Source of the DNA: Oxalobacteraceae bacterium
GTDB lineage: Bacteria > Pseudomonadota > Gammaproteobacteria > Burkholderiales > Burkholderiaceae_D
Assembly: GCA_023259175.1 (NCBI GenBank)
Contig: JAHFQV010000007.1
Coordinates: 278-64,277 of the forward strand
Direction of reading: 5' to 3'
DNA: 64,000 nt
Both the position numbers and the translations under genes were made by a program. This document shows positions 19,989-29,813 of the stretch, one piece after another. The notes beneath the pieces were generated by a model, which saw only the letters and a list, made by a program, of their open reading frames with translations, was not told where the DNA came from and ran no database searches. The number at the start of each line of letters is the position of its first letter. The first letter of the stretch is position 1.

Positions 19989-21476
19989 TTATGCTCGTAA
20001 GAGCGCAAGGACACCTTGTGGTAAAGCGTTTGCTTGCGCCAAAATCGCTGTACCGGCTTGTTGTAAGACTTGTCCGCGAGTCAATGCTGCTGTTTCTGTA
20101 GCGAAGTCTGCATCACGGATACGGCTGCGCGAGGCGGTTAAATTTTCTGCACCGGTTTGCAAACTGATCACCGCTGATGAGAATCGGTTTTGATATGAAC
20201 CGAGATTCGCGCGTGAGGTATTGATTGTTTGCAGCGCCGCATCCAAGGTCGTGATCGCCGCCAGCGCACCAGCTGAGGTGCTTAAACTAAGTGAGGAGAC
20301 ACCTGCACCGACCGTCGTTGTCGCAGAGGTATAAGCACCCGTCAAGTTAGCTGCCGTCAAGCCAGTACCCGTACCATTGGCCAATGTGACACCGGCTGAA
20401 CTGGTTGAACTCAGCGTAAGCGTCGAGGTTGAGATGGTGGTGGTACCCGTCGCGGCTGTACCGATACCCGTTACAGCAGCACCCGCAGCAGTGTTGGTTG
20501 ATAAAGTAACGGTGACGTTACGACCATCGGCAGCACTCAAAGCCACCGCGCCAGTGGAGGTGCTAAATGTTGCCGTAACACCGGTTTGAGAGCTAATTGC
20601 ATTGACGGCGGCGGCCACTTGCGCACCGCGTTGTGCACCGGATGTTGATGCAGCCAATGCACCGAGATTGACACCGTTAATTGTGACATCACCTGAGGCA
20701 ATCGCGGTACCTGCGGTGGAGGCCGTACCGGTCACGGCAGTGGTGCCGACTGTGGCTGTTACACCGGAATTGCCACTGATAGCGTTGATGGCATTGGCTT
20801 TTGCGATACCGCTACCGGTTGAGTTTGAGAAGGACACGCCGTCAGCAGCTGAGGCACCAGTTTGATAGCCATTGATCGACAAATCACCGGCCGCTAAAGC
20901 GGTGGTAGTGACTGCGCCTGCGCCAGCGACCGTTGTAGAATAACTGGAGCCTGAACCTACACCCAAGGCTGCTGAGCGTGCGCTCGAGATGGAGGTGATG
21001 TTGATCGAATCGTTTGCCGTATTGTTGGCGCCGACTTGAAAGGCTTGTGAATTGAATGTGCCGTCGAGCAAATTGACACCGTTAAAGTTAGTGCTATTGG
21101 CAACACGGTCAATTTCAGCAATTAACTGGGTTGATTCTGTGTTGAGCGCTGCGCGGTCAGTTGCACTATTACTCGCATTCGAGGATTGCACAGCTAGGTC
21201 GCGGATACGTTGTAAGTTACTGGTGATTTGGCCCAATGCGCCCTCAGCGGTTTGCACCAGCGAGATACCATCATTAGCATTACGTACAGCTTGATTTAAG
21301 CCGCCGATTTGGGAGCTTAAACGTTCGGAGATCGCTAAACCAGCAGCATCATCTTTCGCACTATTGATGCGCAGACCTGAAGACAAACGTTGTAACGAAA
21401 GGTTCAGTTGGTTTTGCGATGTTGTTAAATTGCGCTGCGCATTAAGCGAGGCAATATTGGTGTTGATGACAGCCAT
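19989..21476 (-). CDS. fliC: Flagellin
   Basis: MAVINTNIASLNAQRNL, QRLSSGLRINSAKDDAAGLAIS, SRIRDADFATE, QAGTAILAQAN; TAAGGAG RBS. Confidence 0.98.
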   Translation of the reverse strand: MAVINTNIASLNAQRNLTTSQNQLNLSLQRLSSGLRINSAKDDAAGLAISERLSSQIGGLNQAVRNANDGISLVQTAEGALGQITSNLQRIRDLAVQSSNASNSATDRAALNTESTQLIAEIDRVANSTNFNGVNLLDGTFNSQAFQVGANNTANDSINITSISSARSAALGVGSGSSYSTTVAGAGAVTTTALAAGDLSINGYQTGASAADGVSFSNSTGSGIAKANAINAISGNSGVTATVGTTAVTGTASTAGTAIASGDVTINGVNLGALAASTSGAQRGAQVAAAVNAISSQTGVTATFSTSTGAVALSAADGRNVTVTLSTNTAAGAAVTGIGTAATGTTTISTSTLTLSSTSSAGVTLANGTGTGLTAANLTGAYTSATTTVGAGVSSLSLSTSAGALAAITTLDAALQTINTSRANLGSYQNRFSSAVISLQTGAENLTASRSRIRDADFATETAALTRGQVLQQAGTAILAQANALPQGVLALLRA

Positions 21477-21559
21477 GATAGGACTCCTTACTTAGATTTT
21501 CAGTGGGGCGATGTGCCTTAAACGTTGGCCTGTTTAATGCCGGACCGCCGTTGAATCAG

Positions 21560-21586
21560 GTAACGGACCACTCCTTAAAAAATTGA
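21560..21586 (-). promoter_or_regulatory. Candidate proximal sigma-28 promoter for fliC
   Basis: Minus strand TCAATTTT-N11-TCCGTTAC; correct spacing but degenerate boxes. Confidence 0.4.
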
Positions 21587-21643
21587 GAAAATCCTCGCAA
21601 ATAAATCTTGTTTTTTACTCTCAAGTTTTAATGCTCTTTCCGT

Positions 21644-21670
21644 TTTACGGCAAATTAAAAAAAAACTTAA
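21644..21670 (-). promoter_or_regulatory. Candidate distal sigma-28 promoter for fliC
   Basis: Minus strand TTAAGTTT-N11-GCCGTAAA; 7/8 and 6/8 match to consensus. Confidence 0.65.
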
Positions 21671-21866
21671 GGGGTGATTTAAGGAATAAATGCACTTCTT
21701 TTCGTCTTATGCGCTAGGCGTTTTTCCAATAACATGGAAATAAGTCCCCACAGCCTCTGAGTTTAGCGCGCTAAGCCTGTTGCGCTCTCGCCCATTTTAA
21801 TTGTGCTGCCTATCGGGAAGTGGTAAAACGTGAGTAGCGCGAACTTGCAAATGCAATGAGAGGCTA

Positions 21867-24074
21867 GTGATGGGTAAATCCAGTTTCAATTCAAGAGCTG
21901 CTTTACAAGACGCTAAGCGTTTGCATACTGCTGGGAATATGGAGGATGCTAAGGCGGTATGCTCACGCATCTTGCAACACTATCCTTTACATCAAGAGGC
22001 CTTGTATTTCTTGGCACGCTTATGCGCCGATATGGGCTTTTGGGATGAGGCTTTGCTTTATATACAAAAAGCTTTTTTGGTGAACTCAACAATGCCCGGT
22101 GAAAGATCGGGCTATTTTGCGATCCTGAATCACTACCTCGCTGATAAGCAATATCCCAAATTAGAACAAGCAAGCCGATGGTTGACCAGCCATCTTTCTA
22201 AGGATGGCATCGCTTGGGATTATTTAACGGTGAGCTTGTTGGAGCAGGGGCGCTACTTTGACGCGCTTGAGGCTGCACAAAAGGCAGTGAAGTTTTTGCC
22301 GACCAATGTCCATATTCAAAATAATTTAGCCTATGCGCTGATCGGCTTAGAGCGCTGCACGGAAGCGGCCGCTATTTTGCGAGTTGTTGTCCAGACTGAA
22401 CCGACGATGGCTTCGGCGCACAATAATTTAGGCAATGCTTTACGTTATAACGGCGACTACGAGGGGGCAATGAAGTGCTTTGAAGCGGCGATCGCGATTG
22501 CGCCTGAAACCGCCTATTTTTACAATAATCTAGGGCTCACTTACCGCTCTTTAGATCGCTATCAATCCTCGATAGATAGTTACCAAAAGGCTTTGCAAAT
22601 TCAGCCTGATTTGGTACAGGTGTATCCGAATTTGATTGATGTTTACCGGCAAGCAGGCATGGTACAACAAGCGATAGAATGTGGACAACATGCGCTAACG
22701 CTGACGCAAGAGTTGGCCGAAATTTGGGGCGCATTTGGCGATGCCTTGCGGGATGCTGGACAACTCGATGCCGCGATTGAATCGTATGTGAAGGCGGTGA
22801 GTTTTAAAACGGACAGTGAGTCTAGTTTTAATCGAAAAATATATACGAATATTTTGTTTTGCCTGAACTACCACCCCGACCTTGATGCCGAAACGATCTT
22901 TAGCGCATATCGTGAATTTGATCAGCGATTTGCACTGTCTCTGAAAAAGCATTGGCGGCCATTTAACACACCACGCGACACACAAAAGAAGCTGAAGGTG
23001 GGCTACCTTAGTCAGTCATTTTACAATCAGGTCTGCAAATTTTTCCTAATACCTTTGCTGGAAAAGCATGATCGTAGTCAGTTTGAGATTTACGCTTACG
23101 CCCAAATTCCTTACGAAGACGAAACGACCGCGCACTACAAGACCTTGGTTGACCATTGGGTTCCTATCCGCGAATTGATGGACGATCAAGTTGCTGAACG
23201 AATTCGTGCCGATGAAATTGATATTTTGGTGGACGTTTCGGGGCACACCAATTCCAATCGTTTGCTGGTGTTCGCGCAAAAACCAGCGCCAGTTTCTTTG
23301 CACTGGTTGGAATATGGCTACACCACCGGTTTAAGTGCAATCGATTATTTCATGACAGATCGGGCCAGTGTGACTGACGATTGTGGACATTTGTTTTCCG
23401 AGCAGATATGGATACTCGATAGTCCCGCCTATGTTTATCGTCCCGATACGCGACTCGCCATTCTCAACGACTCACCCGCTGTACGAAATGGCTATGTGAC
23501 TTTTGGCAGCTTGTCGCGTACTACCCGCATTAATCATCGAGTGGTACGTATTTGGGCCGCGATCCTTGATGCGGTGCCAGACTCGCATTTGATTATCAAT
23601 AGCGGCGATTTTAAAGACCCCAGAGTGCAAGACGAGATGGCTGCGCGGTTTATGCAATACGGCATTGCACGCTCTCGGCTAGAAATTAGTTTTAGCTCGC
23701 CCTCGTGGGAGGTGCTTAAACATGTCGATATTGGTCTCGATTGTTTCCCGCACAATTCGGGCACGACTTTATTGGAGACCCTTTTTATGGGGATCCCATT
23801 TGTAACGCTATTAGGTCGACCATCAGTGGGACGCATCGGTGCCAGCGTTTTGAGCGGTATGGGACGCACAGAATGGATAGCCAGTTCTGAAGAAGAATAT
23901 GCGCAAAAAGCCGTGATTTTGGCGCACGATTTAGAGGGCTTGCAGCACATGCGCCAATTCATGCGCGCTGAAATGCAAGCCTCTGCATTGATGGATGAAC
24001 CCGCTTTTGCACAGGCTGTGGAGCGGGCGTATCGGCAGATGTGGACACGCTATTGTGAAAGGAATGGGGCATGA
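21867..24074 (+). CDS. TPR + GT41 (OGT/SPINDLY-like) protein glycosyltransferase; putative flagellin glycosyltransferase
   Basis: Multiple TPRs ([27 protein letters not shown]), then [55 protein letters not shown]; divergent from fliC. Confidence 0.88.
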   Translation: MMGKSSFNSRAALQDAKRLHTAGNMEDAKAVCSRILQHYPLHQEALYFLARLCADMGFWDEALLYIQKAFLVNSTMPGERSGYFAILNHYLADKQYPKLEQASRWLTSHLSKDGIAWDYLTVSLLEQGRYFDALEAAQKAVKFLPTNVHIQNNLAYALIGLERCTEAAAILRVVVQTEPTMASAHNNLGNALRYNGDYEGAMKCFEAAIAIAPETAYFYNNLGLTYRSLDRYQSSIDSYQKALQIQPDLVQVYPNLIDVYRQAGMVQQAIECGQHALTLTQELAEIWGAFGDALRDAGQLDAAIESYVKAVSFKTDSESSFNRKIYTNILFCLNYHPDLDAETIFSAYREFDQRFALSLKKHWRPFNTPRDTQKKLKVGYLSQSFYNQVCKFFLIPLLEKHDRSQFEIYAYAQIPYEDETTAHYKTLVDHWVPIRELMDDQVAERIRADEIDILVDVSGHTNSNRLLVFAQKPAPVSLHWLEYGYTTGLSAIDYFMTDRASVTDDCGHLFSEQIWILDSPAYVYRPDTRLAILNDSPAVRNGYVTFGSLSRTTRINHRVVRIWAAILDAVPDSHLIINSGDFKDPRVQDEMAARFMQYGIARSRLEISFSSPSWEVLKHVDIGLDCFPHNSGTTLLETLFMGIPFVTLLGRPSVGRIGASVLSGMGRTEWIASSEEEYAQKAVILAHDLEGLQHMRQFMRAEMQASALMDEPAFAQAVERAYRQMWTRYCERNGA

Positions 24075-24841
24075 AAGCGGTGATCTTGGCGGGCGGCTTG
24101 GGAACGCGTATTTCTGAAGAAACGCATTTAAAACCCAAACCCATGATCGACATCGGAGGTCATCCGATTTTGTGGCACATCATGAAAAGTTATTCGGCGC
24201 ATGGCGTCAATGATTTCGTCATTTGTTGCGGCTATAAAGGCTATGTCATCAAAGAATATTTTGCGAATTATTTTTTGCATATGTCCGATGTGACTTTTGA
24301 TATGAGTAATAACCACATTGAGGTGCATGAACACCATGCGGAAGACTGGCGGGTGACCTTGGTGGATACCGGCGATGACACCATGACAGGGGGGCGTTTG
24401 CGTCGTGTCGCCGGCTATTTACAAGATGAGGACGCTTTTTGTTTTACCTATGGTGATGGTTTGTCGGATGTGGATATTCGTGCGCAGATTGCCTTTCATC
24501 GCGCCCACGGAAAATTGGCGACCGTGACCGCGGTGCTGCCACCGGGACGCTATGGTGCGCTCGATCGTGACGGTGATAGTGTCAAAGGATTTACCGAAAA
24601 GCCGCGCGGTGACGGTGGTTGGATTAACGGTGGCTTCTTTATTTTGTCACCGAAAGTGCTTGACCTCATTGCGGGCGATGCGACCAGTTGGGAAGCTGAG
24701 CCGCTGACCCAACTGGCGCGAAAAAACGAGTTGATGGCTTTTGAACATGCTGGTTTTTGGCAAGCGATGGATACACTACGTGAAAAAAATCTGCTAGAAG
24801 AACTTTGGCAAAGTGGGAGAGCGCCTTGGAAGCGTTGGTAG
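24071..24841 (+). CDS. rfbF: Glucose-1-phosphate cytidylyltransferase
   Basis: [47 protein letters not shown]. Confidence 0.96.
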   Translation: MKAVILAGGLGTRISEETHLKPKPMIDIGGHPILWHIMKSYSAHGVNDFVICCGYKGYVIKEYFANYFLHMSDVTFDMSNNHIEVHEHHAEDWRVTLVDTGDDTMTGGRLRRVAGYLQDEDAFCFTYGDGLSDVDIRAQIAFHRAHGKLATVTAVLPPGRYGALDRDGDSVKGFTEKPRGDGGWINGGFFILSPKVLDLIAGDATSWEAEPLTQLARKNELMAFEHAGFWQAMDTLREKNLLEELWQSGRAPWKRW

Positions 24842-25959
24842 AGCGTTTAAGCGCGAATCCCGATCCCGCTTTTTGGCGCGGTCGGCGGGTGGCCGTGACT
24901 GGGCATACGGGCTTTAAAGGCGCAATCCTAGTGCACTTCTTGTTACGTCTCGGTGCCAAGGTATCGGCCTTTTCTTTGGCACCTCATACCACACCAAATT
25001 TATTCGATGAGCTGGCATTACATCATCGTTGCGCGAGTCAAATCGGCGATCTGCGTGAGTTTGAGACGCTTAATAACTGGCTGCTCGAGTCTCAGCCTGA
25101 AGTTGTTTTTCACCTGGCGGCGCAAGCTTTGGTGCGGGAAAGTTATCGCCAGCCCGCTGCAACCATGAGCAGTAATTTTGTCGGGACATTACATTTGTTG
25201 GAAGCCTTGCGCCAGCAAAGTAGTGTCAAAGCCGTGGTCTGCGTGACGACCGATAAAGTTTATCGTCAAAGTGAAATTGCCCATGCATTTAGCGAAAATG
25301 ATGCCCTAGGTGGACACGATCCCTATAGCGCCAGTAAAGCCGCTTGTGAGATTTTGATTGAGTCCTATCGCTTAAGTTTCCTGCAGCATGCCAGTATCGC
25401 GACCGCGCGTGCGGGGAATGTGATTGGTGGCGGAGATTGGTCGGCTGAAAGGCTCTTGCCTGATGCAGTACGCGCTTGGCAGCTCGACGATGTGCTGGAA
25501 ATTCGTTCGCCAGATGCGATTCGTCCGTGGCAGCATGTGCTAGAGGCCTTGACTGCCTATTTGATTTTGGCTGAAAAATTATTTGCTTCGGAATGTGAGA
25601 GCCGTGCCTACAATTTTGGCCCCGATGCGCGAGATGCAGTCAGTGTGCGGCGAGTTTTGGACTTGGCGCGACAATATTTTGGTCGAGGTGAAATCGTAGA
25701 GCATTCTGATTTAGCGAGTTTCCATGAAGCGCAAGTGTTAATGCTCAATACCGATTTGGCGAGAACGCAATTGGGTATTGCGCCAAGGTGGACTTTAGAA
25801 ACGGCGGTTGCGCGCAGCATGCTCTGGTATCGTCAGTTTGCGCGGGGTGTTTCTGCAGCGCGTTTGTGTGATGAGGATATCGCAGCTTTTTTGTCGGATA
25901 CGCAAATCCATGAGCATGAGCAAGCCGGCATGCAAGCCAATGAGGTGCGCGATGGATAA
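24805..25959 (+). CDS. rfbG: CDP-glucose 4,6-dehydratase (start uncertain)
   Basis: [66 protein letters not shown]. Confidence 0.95.
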   Translation: MAKWESALEALVERLSANPDPAFWRGRRVAVTGHTGFKGAILVHFLLRLGAKVSAFSLAPHTTPNLFDELALHHRCASQIGDLREFETLNNWLLESQPEVVFHLAAQALVRESYRQPAATMSSNFVGTLHLLEALRQQSSVKAVVCVTTDKVYRQSEIAHAFSENDALGGHDPYSASKAACEILIESYRLSFLQHASIATARAGNVIGGGDWSAERLLPDAVRAWQLDDVLEIRSPDAIRPWQHVLEALTAYLILAEKLFASECESRAYNFGPDARDAVSVRRVLDLARQYFGRGEIVEHSDLASFHEAQVLMLNTDLARTQLGIAPRWTLETAVARSMLWYRQFARGVSAARLCDEDIAAFLSDTQIHEHEQAGMQANEVRDG

Positions 25960-26515
25960 ATCCCTGCTCAGTAAGCCCACGTTTATCCGAGGTGTGGAAT
26001 TGCTTTGCCGCGTACAAAGACAGGATGAGCGCGGCTATTTTGAACGTCTGTATTCCAGCAGTATTTTGCAAACTTGTGGCTGGCAAGGAGGTATTGAACA
26101 AGTCAATCACAGCGTCACACTTGGCCTAGGCATTGTGCGCGGCATGCACTACCAAAAACCACCCTATGCCGAATACAAATTGGTCTCTTGTTTGCGGGGT
26201 GTGGCCTGGGATGTGGTGGTGGATTTGCGTGCTGACTCAGCTAGTTTTCTGCAAACGTTTGCGGTTGAACTTTCTGCAAAAAATGCGCAAGCCATTTTGA
26301 TACCGCCTGGTTGCGCACATGGATTTCAAGCCCTGAGTGCTGAGCTGGAATTGCTGTATTGCCATAGCGCGTCTTATCAAGCTCAATTTGAAGCAGGGGT
26401 GAATGCACTTGATCCACAATTGCATATCGCTTGGCCGCTGCCGATTGCGCAACGCTCGCCGCGTGATACCGACTTTGCGATGATCGCCGATGACTTTAAA
26501 GGAGTGTGGCTGTGA
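25952..26515 (+). CDS. NDP-4-keto-6-deoxyhexose 3,5-epimerase (RmlC/RfbC family)
   Basis: DERGYFERLY, QVNHS, VRGMHYQ, KLVSCLRG, DVVVDLR, IPPGCAHGFQAL. Confidence 0.9.
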   Translation: MDKSLLSKPTFIRGVELLCRVQRQDERGYFERLYSSSILQTCGWQGGIEQVNHSVTLGLGIVRGMHYQKPPYAEYKLVSCLRGVAWDVVVDLRADSASFLQTFAVELSAKNAQAILIPPGCAHGFQALSAELELLYCHSASYQAQFEAGVNALDPQLHIAWPLPIAQRSPRDTDFAMIADDFKGVWL

Positions 26516-27741
26516 AATGTCGACACTGCGCACAAGCTTTGCAATATTGCTGCCTCGATTTGGGCTGCGCTCCGCCATCCAATGCGTATTTAACGCCGGC
26601 GCAATTGCATGCGCCAGAATTGCATTTCCCCTTACGTTTATATGTGTGTGATGTTTGTTTTTTGGTGCAAACGGAAGACTTTGCCCAGCGTGAATTTTTG
26701 TTCGATCAGGACTACGCTTATTTCAGCTCGTTTTCTAGCAGTTGGTTAGCGCATGCGCATCGTTATGTGACGCAAATGCAGCAGCGTTTTGCATTGTCAG
26801 AAGAAAGCTATGTGTTGGAAATCGCCGCCAATGACGGCTACCTACTGCAATATGTCCAAGCGCTAGGAATCCCTTGTTGTGGGATAGAGCCGACCGCCAG
26901 CACTGCCGCCAGTGCGCGGGCAAAGGGGCTGCGTATTGTGGAAGGTTTTTGGGGGGAGGTCTTAGCAAATACCCTGCTCGAAGAAGGGCGACAAGCCGAT
27001 TTAATCGTCGCCAATAATGTGCTGGCGCATGTCCCCGACATCAATGACTTTGTGCGCGGCTGTGCCTCTTTTTTGAAGCCTGATGGGGTCGCAACTTTTG
27101 AATTTCCACATCTGCTTAATATGCTGCAATTGAATCAGTTTGACACTGCTTACCACGAACATTTTTCTTATTTTTCTTTGACCGCAGTCAAGCGTATTTT
27201 TGAAGCGAATGGTTTGACTATTTTTGATGTCGAGCATTTGCCAACTCACGGCGGTAGTTTGCGGGTATTTGCGCAGCGCTCGCAAAAGCCGCAAACACTT
27301 TGGCATAGCGAGCAAGTCGAAGCTTGTTTGACGCGTGAACGAGAGGCGGGTGTCGATCGCCTCAGTTTTTATGAACACTTTCAGCGTACCGCAGAAGCCG
27401 CTAAGAACGCATTGCTGAGCTATTTAATTGAGTGTCATTCACAAGGCTTACGGGTGGCGGCATACGGGGCTGCGGCGAAAGGAAATACGCTCCTGAATTT
27501 TGCTGGCATACGCAGCGATTTGTTGGCCTATGTGGTGGATAAAAATCCGTCCAAGCAAAACAAATTTTTACCTGGAAGCCGACTGCCAATTGTCGATATG
27601 GCGCATTTGATCGAAGATAGACCTGATCGAATTTTGATTTTGCCTTGGAATCTGGAACAAGAAATTAAACAGGAATTGATGCAGGTAATTACTTGGCCGG
27701 TACAGTTATTGACCGCCGTTCCGACCTTGACGCGTGTGTAG
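26512..27741 (+). CDS. SAM-dependent NDP-hexose 3-C-methyltransferase
   Basis: Zn ribbon CRHC...CDVCFLVQ, EIAANDGYLL, NNVLAHVPD, YHEHFSYFS, C-terminal AAYGAAAKGNTLLNF; AAAGGAG RBS before GTG 26512. Confidence 0.88.
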   Translation: MKCRHCAQALQYCCLDLGCAPPSNAYLTPAQLHAPELHFPLRLYVCDVCFLVQTEDFAQREFLFDQDYAYFSSFSSSWLAHAHRYVTQMQQRFALSEESYVLEIAANDGYLLQYVQALGIPCCGIEPTASTAASARAKGLRIVEGFWGEVLANTLLEEGRQADLIVANNVLAHVPDINDFVRGCASFLKPDGVATFEFPHLLNMLQLNQFDTAYHEHFSYFSLTAVKRIFEANGLTIFDVEHLPTHGGSLRVFAQRSQKPQTLWHSEQVEACLTREREAGVDRLSFYEHFQRTAEAAKNALLSYLIECHSQGLRVAAYGAAAKGNTLLNFAGIRSDLLAYVVDKNPSKQNKFLPGSRLPIVDMAHLIEDRPDRILILPWNLEQEIKQELMQVITWPVQLLTAVPTLTRV

Positions 27742-27756
27742 ATAGAGGGGGTTAGT

Positions 27757-28245
27757 ATGATAGAAATTCATCCGGATGCAAAAATTTCGCGTTGGGCGGA
27801 TATCGAGGACTCGGTGCGTGGTTCGCGGATTGTGGTCGGTGCTGGGTCTAGCATTGATAGCTTCGTTAAAGTCAAACCAGCCGGTGGCAGCGGTGATTTA
27901 ATCATTGGCGATCGCACTGTGATTAATTCTGGCTGTGTGTTTTATACGGGGAATGGCATTCATATTGGCAATGACGTGGCGATTGCAGCCAATTGTTGTT
28001 TTGCACCCGTCAATCATGCCTATGCCGATAAAAATACGCGTATCAATCAGCAGGGGTTTCTGCCCAGCCGAGGCGGTATCATCATCGAAGACGATGTTTG
28101 GATTGCGGCGAATTGCGTGATACTGGATGGTGCGATTTTGCGACGTGGTTGTGTGGTGGGCGCGGGCTCTCTGGTGCGCAGAGAGTTGGAAGCTTATTCG
28201 ATTCATGTTGGTAATCCTTTGCGCTTAATCGGGTGGCGAAAATGA
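27757..28245 (+). CDS. Hexapeptide-repeat (left-handed beta helix) acyltransferase
   Basis: LIIGDRTVINSGC, IHIGNDVAIAANC, IIIEDDVWIAANCVILDG, VVGAGSLV, VGNP. Confidence 0.88.
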   Translation: MIEIHPDAKISRWADIEDSVRGSRIVVGAGSSIDSFVKVKPAGGSGDLIIGDRTVINSGCVFYTGNGIHIGNDVAIAANCCFAPVNHAYADKNTRINQQGFLPSRGGIIIEDDVWIAANCVILDGAILRRGCVVGAGSLVRRELEAYSIHVGNPLRLIGWRK

Positions 28246-29066
28246 ATACTTCAGTGCAAGCGACGATTGTCGGTGGACGTGGATTTATCGGGCGACATTT
28301 GGCGCATGCGCTACGTGTCCAAGGTTGGCAGGTGGATGTGGCAAAACGCCAGGATGCAAAACTCTTTGCCCAAGAACTCGGACATGTTTTCTATTGTGCG
28401 GGTTTGACCGCCGATTTTCGGCAAAACCCATATGCGACCGTGGATGCACACGTCACCATGTTAGCTAATTTATTGGAGTATTCGAGCTTTACCAGCCTCA
28501 GTTATTTATCGAGCACACGGGTGTATGCGGAGGCGAGTAGTACCGAGGAGAGCGCTGCATTGCGCACCCGCCCTGAGGTGCCAGATCATTTGTATAATTT
28601 ATCCAAACTGATGGGGGAGAGTTTGTGCTTGCAAAGTGGTCGTGATGTGCGCATCGTGCGACTGTCCAATGTGTATGGTCGTGGTATGCCGCAACAGAAT
28701 TTTTTGCAAGCCGTTTTGAGCGAAGCCTACGCACAAAAAAGTGTGCGCTTTTTAAGTGCCGCTAGCTCGAGTAAAGACTATATTTCGATTGAGGACGTAG
28801 TCCGCGCTATTCCGCACATCGCTTTAAATGGACGCAAGGATATTTATAATTTGGCGCAAGGGACCAATACCAGTCACCAAGAAATTGCTGATTGGTTGAG
28901 TGCGCAAGGTATCGTTTGCAGTTTTGCGCAGGATGCACCGGTAACCTGTTTTCCCGTGATTGATATGCGTAAAACCAGCAGCCTGTGCGGTGCTGCACAG
29001 TCGAATTTATTGCAGGATTTAGCGCCACTTTTTCAGGCGATCAATAATTTAGATGAGGCTCTATGA
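28242..29066 (+). CDS. NAD(P)-dependent sugar epimerase/reductase (extended SDR); probable 4-ketoreductase
   Basis: GGRGFIG Rossmann motif, YLSSTRVY, YNLSK (YxxxK), RLSNVYG. Confidence 0.82.
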   Translation: MNTSVQATIVGGRGFIGRHLAHALRVQGWQVDVAKRQDAKLFAQELGHVFYCAGLTADFRQNPYATVDAHVTMLANLLEYSSFTSLSYLSSTRVYAEASSTEESAALRTRPEVPDHLYNLSKLMGESLCLQSGRDVRIVRLSNVYGRGMPQQNFLQAVLSEAYAQKSVRFLSAASSSKDYISIEDVVRAIPHIALNGRKDIYNLAQGTNTSHQEIADWLSAQGIVCSFAQDAPVTCFPVIDMRKTSSLCGAAQSNLLQDLAPLFQAINNLDEAL

Positions 29067-29812
29067 ATCCCATAGCACAATTTGAAGCCGAGCGCGAAGA
29101 ACGTATTGCGCAACTGGGTCAAGACACCGCATTTCAGGCGCAATCCCGTTCATGGTTAGAACAGAGTATGCGTAAGCAATATGTGTATAATTTTTCGTGG
29201 CTGGGACGACCGATTATTCAAAATCCGATCGATATGGTCGCGATGCAGGAATTGATTTGGCGTGTGCAACCGGATTTGATTATCGAAACAGGCATTGCGC
29301 ATGGTGGATCGATTATTTTTTCTGCATCCATGCTGGAACTCAATGCTGCATGCGGAGGTAATCCCGAGGCGCAAGTGATCGGTATCGATATCGATATTCG
29401 GGAACATAATCGACTCGCTATTTTGACGCATCCTATGGCCAAACGCATACGTATGGTGCAAGGTTCGAGCGTGGCGCCTGAAGTAGTGGCGCAAGTGCAG
29501 GAAGCTGCGCAAGGGCGGAGCAGGATCATGGTGTTTTTAGACTCTAATCATACCCACGAACATGTACTGGCCGAGCTAAATGCCTACGCGCCTTTGGTGA
29601 GTGTGGGCAGTTATTGCGTGGTCTTCGATACCTTTGTCGAGGATGTGCCTGCGGACGTTTTTGAACAGCGCCCTTGGGCTCCCGGTAATAGCCCTAAGAC
29701 GGCGGTGCATGCTTATCTCGAGGCGAATCGGCAATTTGAAATCGATCAGAGCATGCATCATAAACTGCAAATTACGGTGGCACCGGATGGGTTTTTGCGG
29801 CGTATTTTTTAG
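29063..29812 (+). CDS. CmcI/cephalosporin-hydroxylase family protein, probable sugar O-methyltransferase
   Basis: YNFSWLGRPIIQ, QPDLIIETGIAHGGS, FLDSNHTHEHVLAEL, SVGSYCVVFDT. Confidence 0.85.
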   Translation: MNPIAQFEAEREERIAQLGQDTAFQAQSRSWLEQSMRKQYVYNFSWLGRPIIQNPIDMVAMQELIWRVQPDLIIETGIAHGGSIIFSASMLELNAACGGNPEAQVIGIDIDIREHNRLAILTHPMAKRIRMVQGSSVAPEVVAQVQEAAQGRSRIMVFLDSNHTHEHVLAELNAYAPLVSVGSYCVVFDTFVEDVPADVFEQRPWAPGNSPKTAVHAYLEANRQFEIDQSMHHKLQITVAPDGFLRRIF

Positions 29813-29813
29813 T

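Noticed and set aside
24071-29812. Interpretation as an ordinary O-antigen cluster
   Set aside because: No flippase, polymerase, ABC exporter or lipid-linked glycosyltransferase, and the operon starts with a protein-type GT41 beside fliC. Not fully excluded: the sugar could also be used by unlinked LPS genes
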